A program made the position numbers and the translations under genes. Below, piece by piece: positions 11,209 through 22,228 of a stretch of DNA of 64,000 bases. The stretch comes from an uncultured delta proteobacterium. GTDB lineage: Bacteria > Desulfobacterota > Desulfuromonadia > Desulfuromonadales > JACZKF01. Every line of letters begins with the position of its first letter. The stretch's first letter is position 1. The notes under the pieces were generated by a model, which was not told the origin of the DNA, did no database searches, and worked only from the letters and a program-made list of their open reading frames with translations. The stretch lies in NCBI GenBank assembly GCA_963816395.1, contig CAWFKQ010000016.1, positions 256,001 to 320,000 on the forward strand, in the 5' to 3' direction.

Positions 11209-13593
11209 GCCTTGAAGGCGCCCACCTCGTTCTCCAGGGCGGCGCTCTGCGTGGAGAGGATTTCCACCACCTCGTCGAGTTCAGTCGTGCGGGCGGCGGT
11301 TCCCTCGGCAATCCGGTGCAGACCCGAGACCGCTTCCACCACTTCCCGGCTGCGCTGGTTGAGGGAACGGGAGACCTGGTCGATGCGCTCGATCATGGAG
11401 CGGATCTGGTCCATGCTGAGATTGATCTGCCGGCTCCCCTTGGCCTGTTCGCCGGTACTCACTTTCCCCTGGGAAGCGATCTCCTTCATCGTCTCCGCCG
11501 CCCTGGTCAACTGGCGGGTACCCTCGGTCTGCTGGCGGATGGCGGCGGCGATCTGCCCCAGCATGGAGGCGACCTGGTTGATGGCGCCGGTGATCTGGCG
11601 GCTGCCCTTCGACTGCTCCTGGGTGGCGCGGACGATGCTGCGCACCTGGTCGGTCGCCTTCACGGTGCTGCTGCGGATCTTCTCCAGCGCCGCCCCGGCT
11701 GTCCTGGACCGCGTCACTTCCAGGTGCACCCGCTCGCTGCCGGCGGCCATCGCCGCCACTGCATCCTGGGTGCCGGTCTGCAGCGAGTCGATAATGGTCG
11801 TGATCTCCCGGGTAGAGACGGAGGTGCGCTCGGCCAGTTCGCGGATCTCATTGGCGACCACGGCAAAACCCTTGCCGTGCTCGCCGGCCTGGGCGGCGAT
11901 AATGGCGGCGTTCAGGGCCAGCAGGTTGGTCTGATCGGCGATCTCGTCGATGACGGTGAGAATCTTGCCGATCGATTTCGATTGATTTCCCAGGTTGCGG
12001 ATGACCTTGGTCGCCCGATCGACCGATTCCCTGATCAGGCCGATCCCCTCGATCGTCTCCGCGACCACCTTTTTCCCCTCCAGGGCATCCTGCGCCGCCG
12101 CCTCGGCAAGCCGGCTGGTCTGTTCGGCGTTCTCATCCACTTCCTTGATGGCGGCATCCATTTCGATGATGGAGGAGGCGGTGGTTTCCGTGGAAGCGGA
12201 AAGGATCTCGATATTCTCGGCGATCTGCTGGCCGGCCACCGACATTTCGTGGATCGAACTGGTCACTTCCTCGACGATGCCGAAGAGCCTCTCCGATTGC
12301 CCGGCGAGTTCCTCGATGGTGGCGCCCAGTTCCAGGGTGGCGGAGGAGCTCGCTTCCGCCGAATCGAGAAGACTGCCGGTGCTTTCGGCAATGCCGGAGA
12401 GCGACCCTTCGATCTCCTGCATGGAGCGGTGCGACTCCTCCATGGCCTGCAACTGGCGTATGGCGCCGCCGCTCACCTGCTGCGAAACGCCCCGCACCCG
12501 TTCGGTAGCGGCGGCCAGGTCGGTGGAAACGGCCCGGCTGCGGCGGACCATCTCCCGCATGCGGCCGAGAAAACGATTGAAGCTGCCGGCGAGCTCGCCG
12601 ACTTCGTCCCGCTGGCGCACCCGCAGTTCCCGCGTCAGGTCGCCTTCCCCTTCGGCGATCTCCTTGAGGTTGCGCCCGACCTCCGCCAGGGGAGTGATGA
12701 TGCCCCCGGAGATGAGCAGGCTGACGGCGGTCGCCACGGCGAACAGGGCGCCCAGGATGATCAGAACGATCCGCCGAAACTCCTCCTTGGCGGCATTGAC
12801 CCCGGAACGGTCGATGGCCAGCAGCAGCCCGTGCCGGTCGATCGGCAGGGGATCCTTGAACAGGGCGTAGGCGGCGCCGTCGAGCGCCAGGGTTTTCCCC
12901 CCGCCTTCCAGGACCTCCTCCGGCTGCACCGGCCGCAGTTCCGCGCGGCTGGCGGCGAGTATGCCCTGCGGACCGTAGAAGGCGATCTCCGTCCCTTTCA
13001 GGGGCTTGAGGTTGCCGCCGAAGATCGTCTCGAGGAAGCGGTCGTTCAGGAAACAGACGCCGACCAGATGGCCGACCATTTCCTGATGGTCGTAAACCGG
13101 GGTGGCGACGACGATGGCCGGCCGGCCGTCGAAGAAATAGAGCATGGAGAAGGATTCCCCGCCCAGGCTGGCCTGGATGGCCGGGTTATCCTTGCCGCTG
13201 CTCTGCGGCAGGTCTTTTTCCTGATGCAGACGGAACAGCAGGTTGCCGTCGCGGTCGAGGGCTTCCATCAGGTCGAAATTGAACGACTTGAGGTCCCGCT
13301 GGAAATTCTCCTGCAGCCGGGCGCTGTCGCCGCTCCGGGCGGCCGCCCGGAGCCCTGTCGACGAGCCCGGTATCGGCGGCTATCAGGCGCAGGTAATTGG
13401 TCTTCTCGGTCTGGGCGGCGGCGATGTTATGCTCGATCAGGCCGGCGATCGTCTGTGCCCGCTGCTGCAGGTCCGCCTCCATCTGCCTTTCGCTGAGGGT
13501 GGAGACGAAGAACATGGTCAGGGTCAGCGGAACGACGGACAGGCCGATCAGGGCGGCGAGAATTTTCCAGCGCAATTTCAGAGAGCCGAACAT
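11205..13593 (-). CDS. Methyl-accepting chemotaxis protein (periplasmic sensor, HAMP, long signalling domain); frameshifted near 13300-13360
   Basis: [45 protein letters not shown]...DEVGELA; N-terminal TM in ORF 13186..13593. Confidence 0.92.
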
Positions 13594-13903
13594 CGGAAAC
13601 CCTTCCTTCCGCAGCAGTGGAGAGACGAAAACGAGGACCGCTGTCTTGCCGGAGATAGGCTGTGTGCCTCAGCCCGCTGAAAATGATCTCCCGCGCAGCG
13701 GGGCGGACCGCAGATTTTCAGTCGCGAAGGGCAACGGATGCTCGCGCCCGGACAGCATGAAATAATGGGGAAAATAGCACCAGGCACCCCTCCAGGCAAG
13801 ACTTTCCTCAGAATGAGCAGCGAGACTTCCTGCCGCACCGCTCTTCCGCCACTTGTCCGCCCCGGCTCGCCAGGGTTATAATGAGAACCAGGAGTCCCGT
13901 CGC

Positions 13904-15212
13904 ATGGCTGACCAATACCCGCGTCTTCCCAGTCTTATTCCTCAGCAACTTCACGGTCGAGGAAACCGCCCCCTTCCGCCGGCACCTCAACCGCCTGGAA
14001 GTGGAGATCGGCCGCGAGGATTACCGTCACCTGAAACAGGTGGAACTTCTCCCCGAATGCCCCTCCGAGGCCGATTTCCAGGGGATGGAAGAGATCACCG
14101 AGCGGCTCATCGCCACCACCCAGAACAACTACAACCGCGACCTGCTGCGCCGCCTGCGGATCCGGGTTTACCTCGATGTGCCGCGCTACGAGGTCTACTA
14201 CCGGCTGGCGGACCGCGCTCTGCGCTTCACCGCCGCCTGGCGGCAGCAGGTGCTGCGGCGCTTTTTCGCCGAAGTGCCGGTGGCGGATACCGGCTGGCGT
14301 CCCTGCCGTCCGCCGCTGGGCCGCTTCGCCTGCCGCTTCCTGCCGGACCGCGCCGGGGGCGTGCTGCTGCTGCGGCAGGAAGGCAAGCGAGCCGGAGCGT
14401 GCCCTGCTCACCGCCACCCACTGTCCCTATGACCCGCATACCCTGGAGGTGACCCTGTATTTTCTCCTCGCCGGCAAGGGGGACAGGGCGATCATCAATC
14501 TCGGCTTCTCCGGCCGCGAGCCGCTCACCGACGAAAACCTGGAGCGGCTGAAAGGCTGGGGGGTTCCCCTCAACCCCAGCAATATAGATGCCATCTATCC
14601 CTATGCCGACGCCGCCGGCCATCCTTTCTGCTATAAGCTGGAGGAGGGCTGCGGGCAGTACGTGGCGGCCTCTCGGCGGCGCGCCGCCGCCGCTGATCAT
14701 CGATATTCACGGCTGCGTCGGCACCCGGCCGCAGGACGATCGGGTCATCGTCGGCCTGGGCGGCTTTCCGCCCTTGCCGCAGCCGGCCGACCTGGGGGAG
14801 CCGGCGACGCGCGGCGCCGCCATTCACCTGCGGCCGCATCCCCGCCTGCGGCAGGGTCTGGAGCTGCTGCGCGAGCTTTCCGCGGCAATCCATATCCAGT
14901 TCTGCTCCGGGCCGCAGCAGGGCTACCATTTCCTGCTTCAGGACGGAGCTGCGGCTGGCCGGCCGCGCCTTGGACCCGGCGCCGAGGTGCGCAGCCTGCT
15001 GACCGGGGAGGAGCGGACCTGGCTGCCCGGCGAGGATATCCGCTGGCTGCCCGGCGCCGGCGGCAATGCCCTGCAGCGTCTGGAAGCCCGGCGGCTGCGC
15101 CCGGATGCCCTCTGCCTGCATGTGGAGATCCCCACCCGCGTGCGCCGGGGCATCGCCATGCGGCTGCGGGAGATGGCCATCAGCGATTCACTGAGCCGCC
15201 AGCGGTCTCTGA
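13904..15212 (+). CDS. Hypothetical protein, possibly with an N-formylglutamate amidohydrolase/M14-like Zn-hydrolase fold; frameshifted, ends approximate
   Basis: Fragments 13881.., 14176.. and 14588.. join; motifs LLTATHCP, IIDIHG, LHVEIP. Confidence 0.55.
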
Positions 15213-15315
15213 TGCAGGCACTGGCAGAAGTCCTTGAAATTTTTCCGTCTTATGCTATCTACGGAAGCACTTGCGCCGTCCGGCGGCCATCGGCAACGGG
15301 GGCCGGCCGCTGGTC

Positions 15316-15580
15316 ATGAACACACCTCTCAAGCAAGTCTGCGCCACCTACGCGGCGGCGGTGCTGACGCGCTATCCTCTATGCCCCCTGGTACGGGCAG
15401 CCGCAGGCGTTCGCCATCCGGCCGCATGTCCAATACGCTCTCCTCTGGCGCCGCCGGCAGACCGTCGGTTATCTGTATGCGTCTCGATTCTCCCGCGGCT
15501 GCTTCTGGAGGTCGCTCTCCCTGACCCTGGTGCTCCTGCTGGCCATCTTCGCTCTCGGCGGGGAGGAACGGGAGGAATAG
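15316..15580 (+). CDS. Small hypothetical protein with a C-terminal TM segment; one frameshift
   Basis: MNTPLKQVCATY... joins ...FWRSLSLTLVLLLAIFALGGEEREE*. Confidence 0.45.
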
Positions 15581-15618
15581 CGGAGATTTCCGTCCGGCGG
15601 GCAGCGGAAAGAAGGCCG

Positions 15619-16815
15619 ATGCGTAAGGCAATGAGCCTCAGGGGAATCTGCCCGCAACGTTGTGATTCTCGGGGCGGTGAGTTTCCTCACCGATGTCTCC
15701 AGCGAGATGATTTACCCCCTGCTGCCCCTGTTTCTCACCACTGTTCTCGGCGCCGGACCGGTCTTTCTGGGGGTGATCGAGGGCGCCGCCGAGTCGACCT
15801 CCTCCCTGCTCAAGCTTTTTTCCGGCCATCTCTCCGACCGTTTCGGCCGGCGCAAGCAGCTGGTGGTGGCCGGTTACGGGCTCTCTTCCCTGCTGCGGCC
15901 GCTGGTGGCAGCGGCCACCGCACCCTACATGGTCCTGCTCATCCGCCTCGGCGACCGGGTGGGCAAAGGGGTGCGCACCTCCCCCCGCGACGCCCTGATC
16001 GCCGATTCCACCGATCCGGCCCTGCGCGGCCGGGCCTTCGGTTTTCACCGGTCCATGGACCATGCCGGCGCCATCGTCGGTCCGCTGGTCGCCACCGCCC
16101 TGCTCGCCGGCTTCACCGACAGCCTGCGCACCGTCTTCTGGCTGGCGGCGATCCCCGGCCTGCTGGCGGTCCTGCTCCTCCTGCTGCAGGTGCGGGAAAC
16201 CGCCGGCCGCCAGTGCTGGCGCGGGCCGTCCCCTGGCGGCAGGTGGTGCCGCGCGGGCGGCTGCGTGCCTACCTGCTGATTCTCTTCCTCTTCACCCTCG
16301 GCAATTCCTCCGACGCCTTTCTGCTGCTGCGGGCCGGCCAGCTCGGCGTCGCCGCCGGCCGCCATCCCCCTGCTGTGGACCTGCTTTCACGCGGTCAAGA
16401 TGACCTCCGTCCTCCCCTTCGGCGCCCTCTCCGACCGCCTCGGCCGGCGGGGCGTCATCGTCGCCGGCTGGAGCGTCTACGCCCTCGCTTATCTCGGCTT
16501 CGCCGTCGCCCGCAGCGAATGGCAGATCTGGCTGCTGTTCGGCTTTTACGGTTTGTTCTACGGCCTGACCGAGGGGGTGGAAAAGGCGCTGCTGGTCGAT
16601 CTCGCCCTGCCCGAGCAGCGCGGCGGCGCCTTCGGCTGGTACAATTTCGCCATCGGCGCCGGCGCCCTGCCGTCCAGCCTGATCTTCGGCTTGATCTGGC
16701 AGCAGGCCGGGGCCGCCGCCGCCTTCGGCTTCGGCGCTCTGCTGGCGGCGCTGGCGGCGGGGCTGCTGGCCGTTCTGGTAAAGCCAGGAGCAGGGAAGAG
16801 CAAACCGAGAGCTGA
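15619..16815 (+). CDS. MFS transporter; frameshifted
   Basis: SFLTDVSSEMIYPLLP, GHLSDRFGRRK, DRVGKGVRTSPRDAL, GALSDRLGRR. Confidence 0.85.
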   Translation: MRKAMSLRGICPQRCDSRGGEFPHRCLQRDDLPPAAPVSHHCSRRRTGLSGGDRGRRRVDLLPAQAFFRPSLRPFRPAQAAGGGRLRALFPAAAAGGSGHRTLHGPAHPPRRPGGQRGAHLPPRRPDRRFHRSGPARPGLRFSPVHGPCRRHRRSAGRHRPARRLHRQPAHRLLAGGDPRPAGGPAPPAAGAGNRRPPVLARAVPWRQVVPRGRLRAYLLILFLFTLGNSSDAFLLLRAGQLGVAAGRHPPAVDLLSRGQDDLRPPLRRPLRPPRPAGRHRRRLERLRPRLSRLRRRPQRMADLAAVRLLRFVLRPDRGGGKGAAGRSRPARAARRRLRLVQFRHRRRRPAVQPDLRLDLAAGRGRRRLRLRRSAGGAGGGAAGRSGKARSREEQTES

Positions 16816-16865
16816 CTCGCTGACCTGCCCTCGGACTCGCCTTGCCCCTAACCTCGGAGATTGCC

Positions 16866-17777
16866 ATGCCCGAACTCGATGTGGTCACCGGCGCCTTCAG
16901 CTTTACCGGCAAGTACATCACCCGCCGCCTGCTGGCGCAGGGGCGGCAGGTGCGTACGCTGACCGGTCATCCCGGCCGCGAGCATTCCTTCGGCGAGGCG
17001 GTGGCCGCCTTTCCCTTCCGCTTCGATGACCCGGCCGCCCTCGGCGCCGCTCTGCGCGGGCGCGGACACCCTCTACAACACCTACTGGATCCGCTTCGAG
17101 CACGGCCAGATGACCTTCGCCCGGGTTCTTGCCGAGACCGGTGCGCTGCTGCAGCGCGGCCGGGCGGCCGGGGTGCGGCGGGTGGTGCATTTCAGTGCCC
17201 TGCACGCCGATCTGCCTCCCCCTATCCCTACTTCCGCGCCAAGGGAGAAGCCGAGCGCCTGGTGCGCGGCTGCGGCCTCTCCCACGCCATCCTGCGGCCG
17301 ACCGTGCTGTTCGGCGAGGAAAGCATCTTCATCAACAATGTCGCCTGGATGCTGCGCAAATTCCCCTTTTTCGCCATTCCCGGCAGGGAGGGCGGCCGGC
17401 TGCAGCCGGTCTGCGTCGATGATGTGGCGGAGCTGGCGGTCGAGGCCGCCCGGCAGTCGGAAGAGGCGATCAGCGAGGCGGCCGGGCCGGAGGTGTTCAC
17501 CTTCGTCGAACTGGTGCGGCTGATCGCCCGCGAGACCGGCAGCCGGGTCCGGCTCATGCACTTTCGGCCGGAACGGACTTTGCAATTCTCCCGGATGATC
17601 GGCGGCCGGGTGGGGGACGTGGTCCTCACCAAAGATGAAATCGATGGGCTGCTGAATGACCTGCTGGTGGCGAAGGGGCCGGCAACCGGCCATACCCGCT
17701 TCAGCGATTGGCTGTCGCGGCGGGGCAAGGATCTGGGCCGCTCCTATGTCTCCGAGATGGAGCGCCACTTTCGCTAA
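16866..17777 (+). CDS. NAD(P)-binding epimerase/dehydratase (atypical SDR, NDUFA9-like); frameshifted
   Basis: VVTGAFSFTG Rossmann motif, YFRAK, ILRPTVLFG, QPVCVDDVA. Confidence 0.85.
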   Translation: MPELDVVTGAFSFTGKYITRRLLAQGRQVRTLTGHPGREHSFGEAVAAFPFRFDDPAALGAALRGRGHPLQHLLDPLRARPDDLRPGSCRDRCAAAARPGGRGAAGGAFQCPARRSASPYPYFRAKGEAERLVRGCGLSHAILRPTVLFGEESIFINNVAWMLRKFPFFAIPGREGGRLQPVCVDDVAELAVEAARQSEEAISEAAGPEVFTFVELVRLIARETGSRVRLMHFRPERTLQFSRMIGGRVGDVVLTKDEIDGLLNDLLVAKGPATGHTRFSDWLSRRGKDLGRSYVSEMERHFR

Positions 17778-17951
17778 AAGACGGAAAGTCCTGCCGCAGA
17801 GGGGCAGGCCCATTCCGTCGCCGGTGGAAGTACCGCCGGCAGCCGATCTCCCGCATCTCTGAACATGTATTTCACTCTTCTAATCACCCGCCTGGGTGGC
17901 AGGTAAGCCGGGCGGAGGCGGCAACCCAAATGAAGAAAATGGAGACATGCA

Positions 17952-18397
17952 ATGACCCAGACCAACCTGACCGTCCTGGTGCGCAAGGGCCTGGCCGCCC
18001 TTGATCACGACAACACCCTGATCGCGCTCCTGCACTTCCAGGAAGCCGCCGCCAGCCAGCCCACCCCCACCATTCTCTCCTGTCTCGGCTACTGCCTGGC
18101 CCGGGAGCAGCGCGAACTGCACCAGGCCCTGACCCTCTGCCAGGGGGCCATCCGCGATGAACCGGCCAATCCCCTGCATTATCTCAATCTCGGCCGCATC
18201 TACCAGCTTTCCGGACAGAAGCACCTGTCCATCCTCGCTTTCCGCAAGGGGCTGAAATTCGGCCGCCATCAGGGTATCATTGATGAAATGAAGAAGCTGG
18301 GGATGCGCCGCCCGCCGCTGTCTTCCTGCGGTTGGGCCGCAAGCACCCCCTCAACCGGTTCTGCGGAATTCTCCTCAACCGGCTGGGATTGGCCTGA
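17952..18397 (+). CDS. Tetratricopeptide-repeat protein; frameshifted near the C-terminus
   Basis: LGYCLA...ALTLCQGAIRDEPANPLHYLNLGRIY TPR pattern. Confidence 0.7.
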
Positions 18398-18422
18398 GCC
18401 TCCCGGCCGGGAAGGGTGGGAA

Positions 18423-18771
18423 ATGTATCTTTCTGCTCAAAGTCCTGCTCTCGGCCGTCATTATCGCCGCTGTTTCGGAGCTGGCCCGGCGCTCGACCGC
18501 CCTGGCCGCCCTTCTCGCCTCCCTGCCGCTGACCTCCCTGCTGGCCATCCTCTGGCTCTATTACGAAACCCGGGATGGCCGGCAGGCGGCCGCCCTGGCC
18601 GAAAACATCTTCTGGGCGCTGCTCCCCTCCCTGCTCTTCTTCCTCGCCTTCCCCCTCCTGCTGCGTACCGGCTGGCGCTTCGGCACGGCCATGGGCGCCG
18701 CCGTGCTTTTCATGCTGGCCGGCTATTTCCTCTACATCTGGCTGCTGGGAAGATTCGGGATACGGTTTTAA
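18423..18771 (+). CDS. DUF3147-like small membrane protein; frameshift just after the start
   Basis: LLKVLLSAVIIAAVSELARRS...ASLPLTSLLAILWLY...IFWALLPSLLFF, translated by hand. Confidence 0.75.
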
Positions 18772-18864
18772 ATCCCAGAAGACCTCAACGCGTAACGCGG
18801 TCACGCGGAAGGCCTGACCGCTTTCCTCGTCCCGCATGTCCTCGTCCCGCGTCCCGCTTACCTG

Positions 18865-19005
18865 CTACCGTATCAGCCCCAGCACGCCGACGATGATCAG
18901 ATAGATCGCCACGATGTAATTGAGCAAACGGGGGATGAACAGGATCAGGATGCCGGCGATCAGGGCGATGATCGCGTTGGCGGTGCCGTAATCGTAATAG
19001 GCCAT
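18865..19005 (-). CDS. DUF3096-family small membrane protein
   Basis: 46 aa containing ALIAGILILFIPRLLNYIVAIYLII; AAGGAGG RBS. Confidence 0.85.
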   Translation of the reverse strand: MAYYDYGTANAIIALIAGILILFIPRLLNYIVAIYLIIVGVLGLIR

Positions 19006-19266
19006 GGGTTCCTCCTTTGCCGCCGGCCGCGGCGCAAACCTGCTCGTTGAAACAACTATGGATGCGGTTCCGGTCTTGTCAATGGACCTGCGGGGAAGGC
19101 GGCGAGGGGGGCCGGTTTTTACCGCGATCCCTTTTCTGATACAATAAGAGCTGTCGGGCGGGAAATTCCCCGCCTTTTGCCTTTTGCTACTTCCAATAAA
19201 TCGGATAATTAAGTTATACCTATCTGCTGTCCAGTTCACCCTTTTAATCCCCGGAGAGGGGAGCCG

Positions 19267-22219
19267 ATGGTCAGGAAAAAGGAGCAGCAAGACGCACCCG
19301 AAAACCGATTCGCCACCGGACCCGGCCGCCCCGCCGGCCTTCCCCGTCGTCGCCATCGGCACCTCGGCCGGGGGACTGAAGGCGCTGACGGCCTTCTTCG
19401 ACCACCGGCCGGAGGGAGCCGGGCTGGCCTACGTCGTCATCCAGCATCTCGATCCCCGGCGGGAGAGCTTTCTCCCCTCCCTGCTGCAGCCGCATGCCGG
19501 CATGCCGGTGCTCGAGGCCCGCAACGCCCTGCCGATCGAGCCCGACCACGTCTACCTCAAGCCCCCCGGCCACGACCTGGTCGTCCGCAACCGCACCCTG
19601 TACCTGCGGGCAGCCGCCGGCGGCCGGCTACGCCCGGCTGCCGATCGACGAGTTCTTCCGCAGCCTGGCCCGCGACCTGGGGGAGCACGCCATCGCCATC
19701 GTTCTCTCCGGGGCGGGGAGCGACGGCACCGAGGGGGTGCGGGCGATCCACGCCGCCGGCGGCCTGGTGCTGGTGCAGGACGAGAAGCAGGCGGAGTACG
19801 ACGGCATGCCGCGCAGCGCCATCAACACCGGCATGGTCGATTTCGTCCTGCCGGTGGAGAAAATGGGGGAGAAGCTCGCCGCCTACCTCAGCCATCCGCT
19901 GGTCGCCCGGCGGGAAATGAAGCGCGAGGGGGCCGAGGAGCGCCAGGGGATCGATGTGCAGAAGGTGCTGAGCGCCGTCCAGGCCCAGACCGGCCACGAT
20001 TTCTCCCGCTACAAGAAGAACACCATCCGCCGCCGCATCGAGCGCCGCCTGGCCATCCACCAGATGGAGCGGATGGCGGATTATGCCGCCTACATCCGGC
20101 AGAACCCGGAGGAGGTGCAGGCGCTGTTCAAGGACCTGCTGATCAACGTCACCAACTTCTTCCGCGACCCGGAGGCCTTCCGGATCCTCAAGCAGGAGCT
20201 GGCCCGGATGCTGGCGGAGCGGCCGGCCGACCGGCCGCTGCGGGTCTGGGTGGCCGGCTGCGCCACCGGCGAGGAGGCCTATTCGGTAGCCATCGTGCTG
20301 CAGGAGATCATGGAGCGGCTGGAGAAGAGATTTCCGGTCAAGATCTTCGCCTCCGACATCAACCCGCAGGCGATCGCCTTCGCCCGCGAGGGGGTCTACC
20401 CGGAAAACATCGCCGCCGATGTCTCCGAGCGGCGGCTCAAGCACTTCTTCATCCGCCAGGGCAACCAGTACAAGGTCGCCGGCGCAGCTGCGCGACATGA
20501 TGATCTTCGCCCTGCACGACCTGACCCGCGACCCGCCGTTCTCCCGCCTGGACCTGGTCACCTGCCGCAACCTGCTCATCTATCTCGACAGCTCCCTGCA
20601 GCGCAAGGTCCTGCCGCTGCTGCACTACAGCCTGAACCCGGCAGGGTCTGCTCCTGCTCGGCGCCTCCGAGGAGGCCGGCGACTGCGGCGACTCTCTCGC
20701 TGCCGGTGAACCGCAAGTGGAAACTGTTCCGGGCGGTGGAAGGCGCGCTCCGCGAGCCGGCCTTTGCCCTGCCGCCGGCCCGGCCGCAGCCTCATCCGCG
20801 GCAGGGAGCGGCGGCAGAGCCGGAGCCGCGGCGCAGGGACTCCGAGACCGGCATCCGCGATCTGGTGGAGACTTCACTCATGGAAGAATACGCGCCTCCG
20901 GGCGTCCTGCTCGATGCGGAAAACCGGGTGACCTTTTTTCACGGCGACACCGGCGCTTTCCTGGCGCCGCCGCGCGGCGAGCCGAGTTTCGAGATCGTCA
21001 AGCTGGCGCGCGGCGAGCTGGCCCAGGCGCTGCCGGAGATCCTCGGCCGGGCCCGGCAGCAGCGCCGCCGGGTGAGCCGGGAGGGGCTGCGCCCGGGGTT
21101 CGGCGAGCGGCGGCCTGCGGGTCGATGTCGCCGCCAAGCCGCTGCCGGCGGCCGGCCCCGGGCACCTGCTGGTCACCTTCACCGCCCAGGCCGCGGAACC
21201 GGCCGAAGGACGGGAAGCCGAGGGGGACGGCCGGATCGAGGAGCTGCAGCGGGATCTCTTCTCCACCCGCCAGGACCTGCAGGCGACCATCGAGGAGCTG
21301 GAGACCGCCAACGAAGAGCTGCAGTCGGCCAACGAGGAGCTGCAGGCGAACAACGAGGAGCTGCAGTCGACCAACGAGGAGCTGGAGACCTCGCGCGAGG
21401 AGCTGCAGTCGACCAACGAGGAGCTGGAGACGGTCAACGCCGAGCTGAAGAAGAAGAACGACGAGCTGATCGAGACCCAGGACGACATCAACAACCTGCT
21501 GGCCGCCACCGACATCGGCACCCTGATCCTCGATACCCGGCTGCGCATCCAGCGCTTCACCCCGGCGGCGACCCGGCTCTTCCGCCTCATCCCCGGCGAT
21601 CTCGGCCGGCCCCTCACCGACGTCGCCACCTCCCTGCTCCACGACCGTCTGGCCGAGGACGTCCAGGCCGTCCTCGACTCCCTGCAAAAGCGGGAGATGG
21701 ATGTTCCCAGCCGGGACGGGCAGTGGTATGCCATGCGCATCCTCCCCTACCGCTCCAGCGCCGACGTCATCATCGGCGCCCTCCTCACCTTCACCGATAT
21801 CACCGCCCTCAAGGAGCCCGAAGTCGCAGGCGCAGGAGGCCCGGATCCTCGCCGAAGGCATCCTGCGGACCCAGCGCGAGCCGCTGCTGGTGCTCGATGC
21901 GGAGCTGCGGGTGGTCTCGGCCAACCCGGCCTTCTACCGGATCTTCCGGACGGCGCCGCCGGAAACCGAAGGGAGGGAGGTCTTCCAGCTCGGCAACAAC
22001 CAGTGGGATATCCCCGAGCTGCGCCGCCTGCTGCTGCAGATCATCCCGCAGAACAGCGAGTTCAACGATTTCCGGGTGAGCCACGATTTTCCCTCCCTCG
22101 GCCGCCGCACCCTGCTCCTCAACGCCCGCCGCATCGACCGGGAAGACGAGCGGCCGAAGCTGATCCTGCTCGCTTTCGAGGACATCACCGGCCGCGAGGA
22201 TACTGTCTCCTCCGCATGA
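19267..22219 (+). CDS. CheB methylesterase/CheR methyltransferase fusion with coiled coil and PAS domains; several frameshifts
   Basis: IGTSAGG, IQHL, LSGAGSDG, INVTNFFRD, RVWVAGCATGEEAYS, CRNLLIY, EELQSTNEELET repeats. Confidence 0.9.
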
Positions 22220-22228
22220 GGAGAAGCC

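Noticed and set aside
21290..21450. 21-nt periodic repeats (AACGAGGAGCTG...) that could be mistaken for a CRISPR array or VNTR
   Set aside because: They encode the standard EELQSTNEEL coiled coil of CheBR fusions; no unique spacers or cas genes
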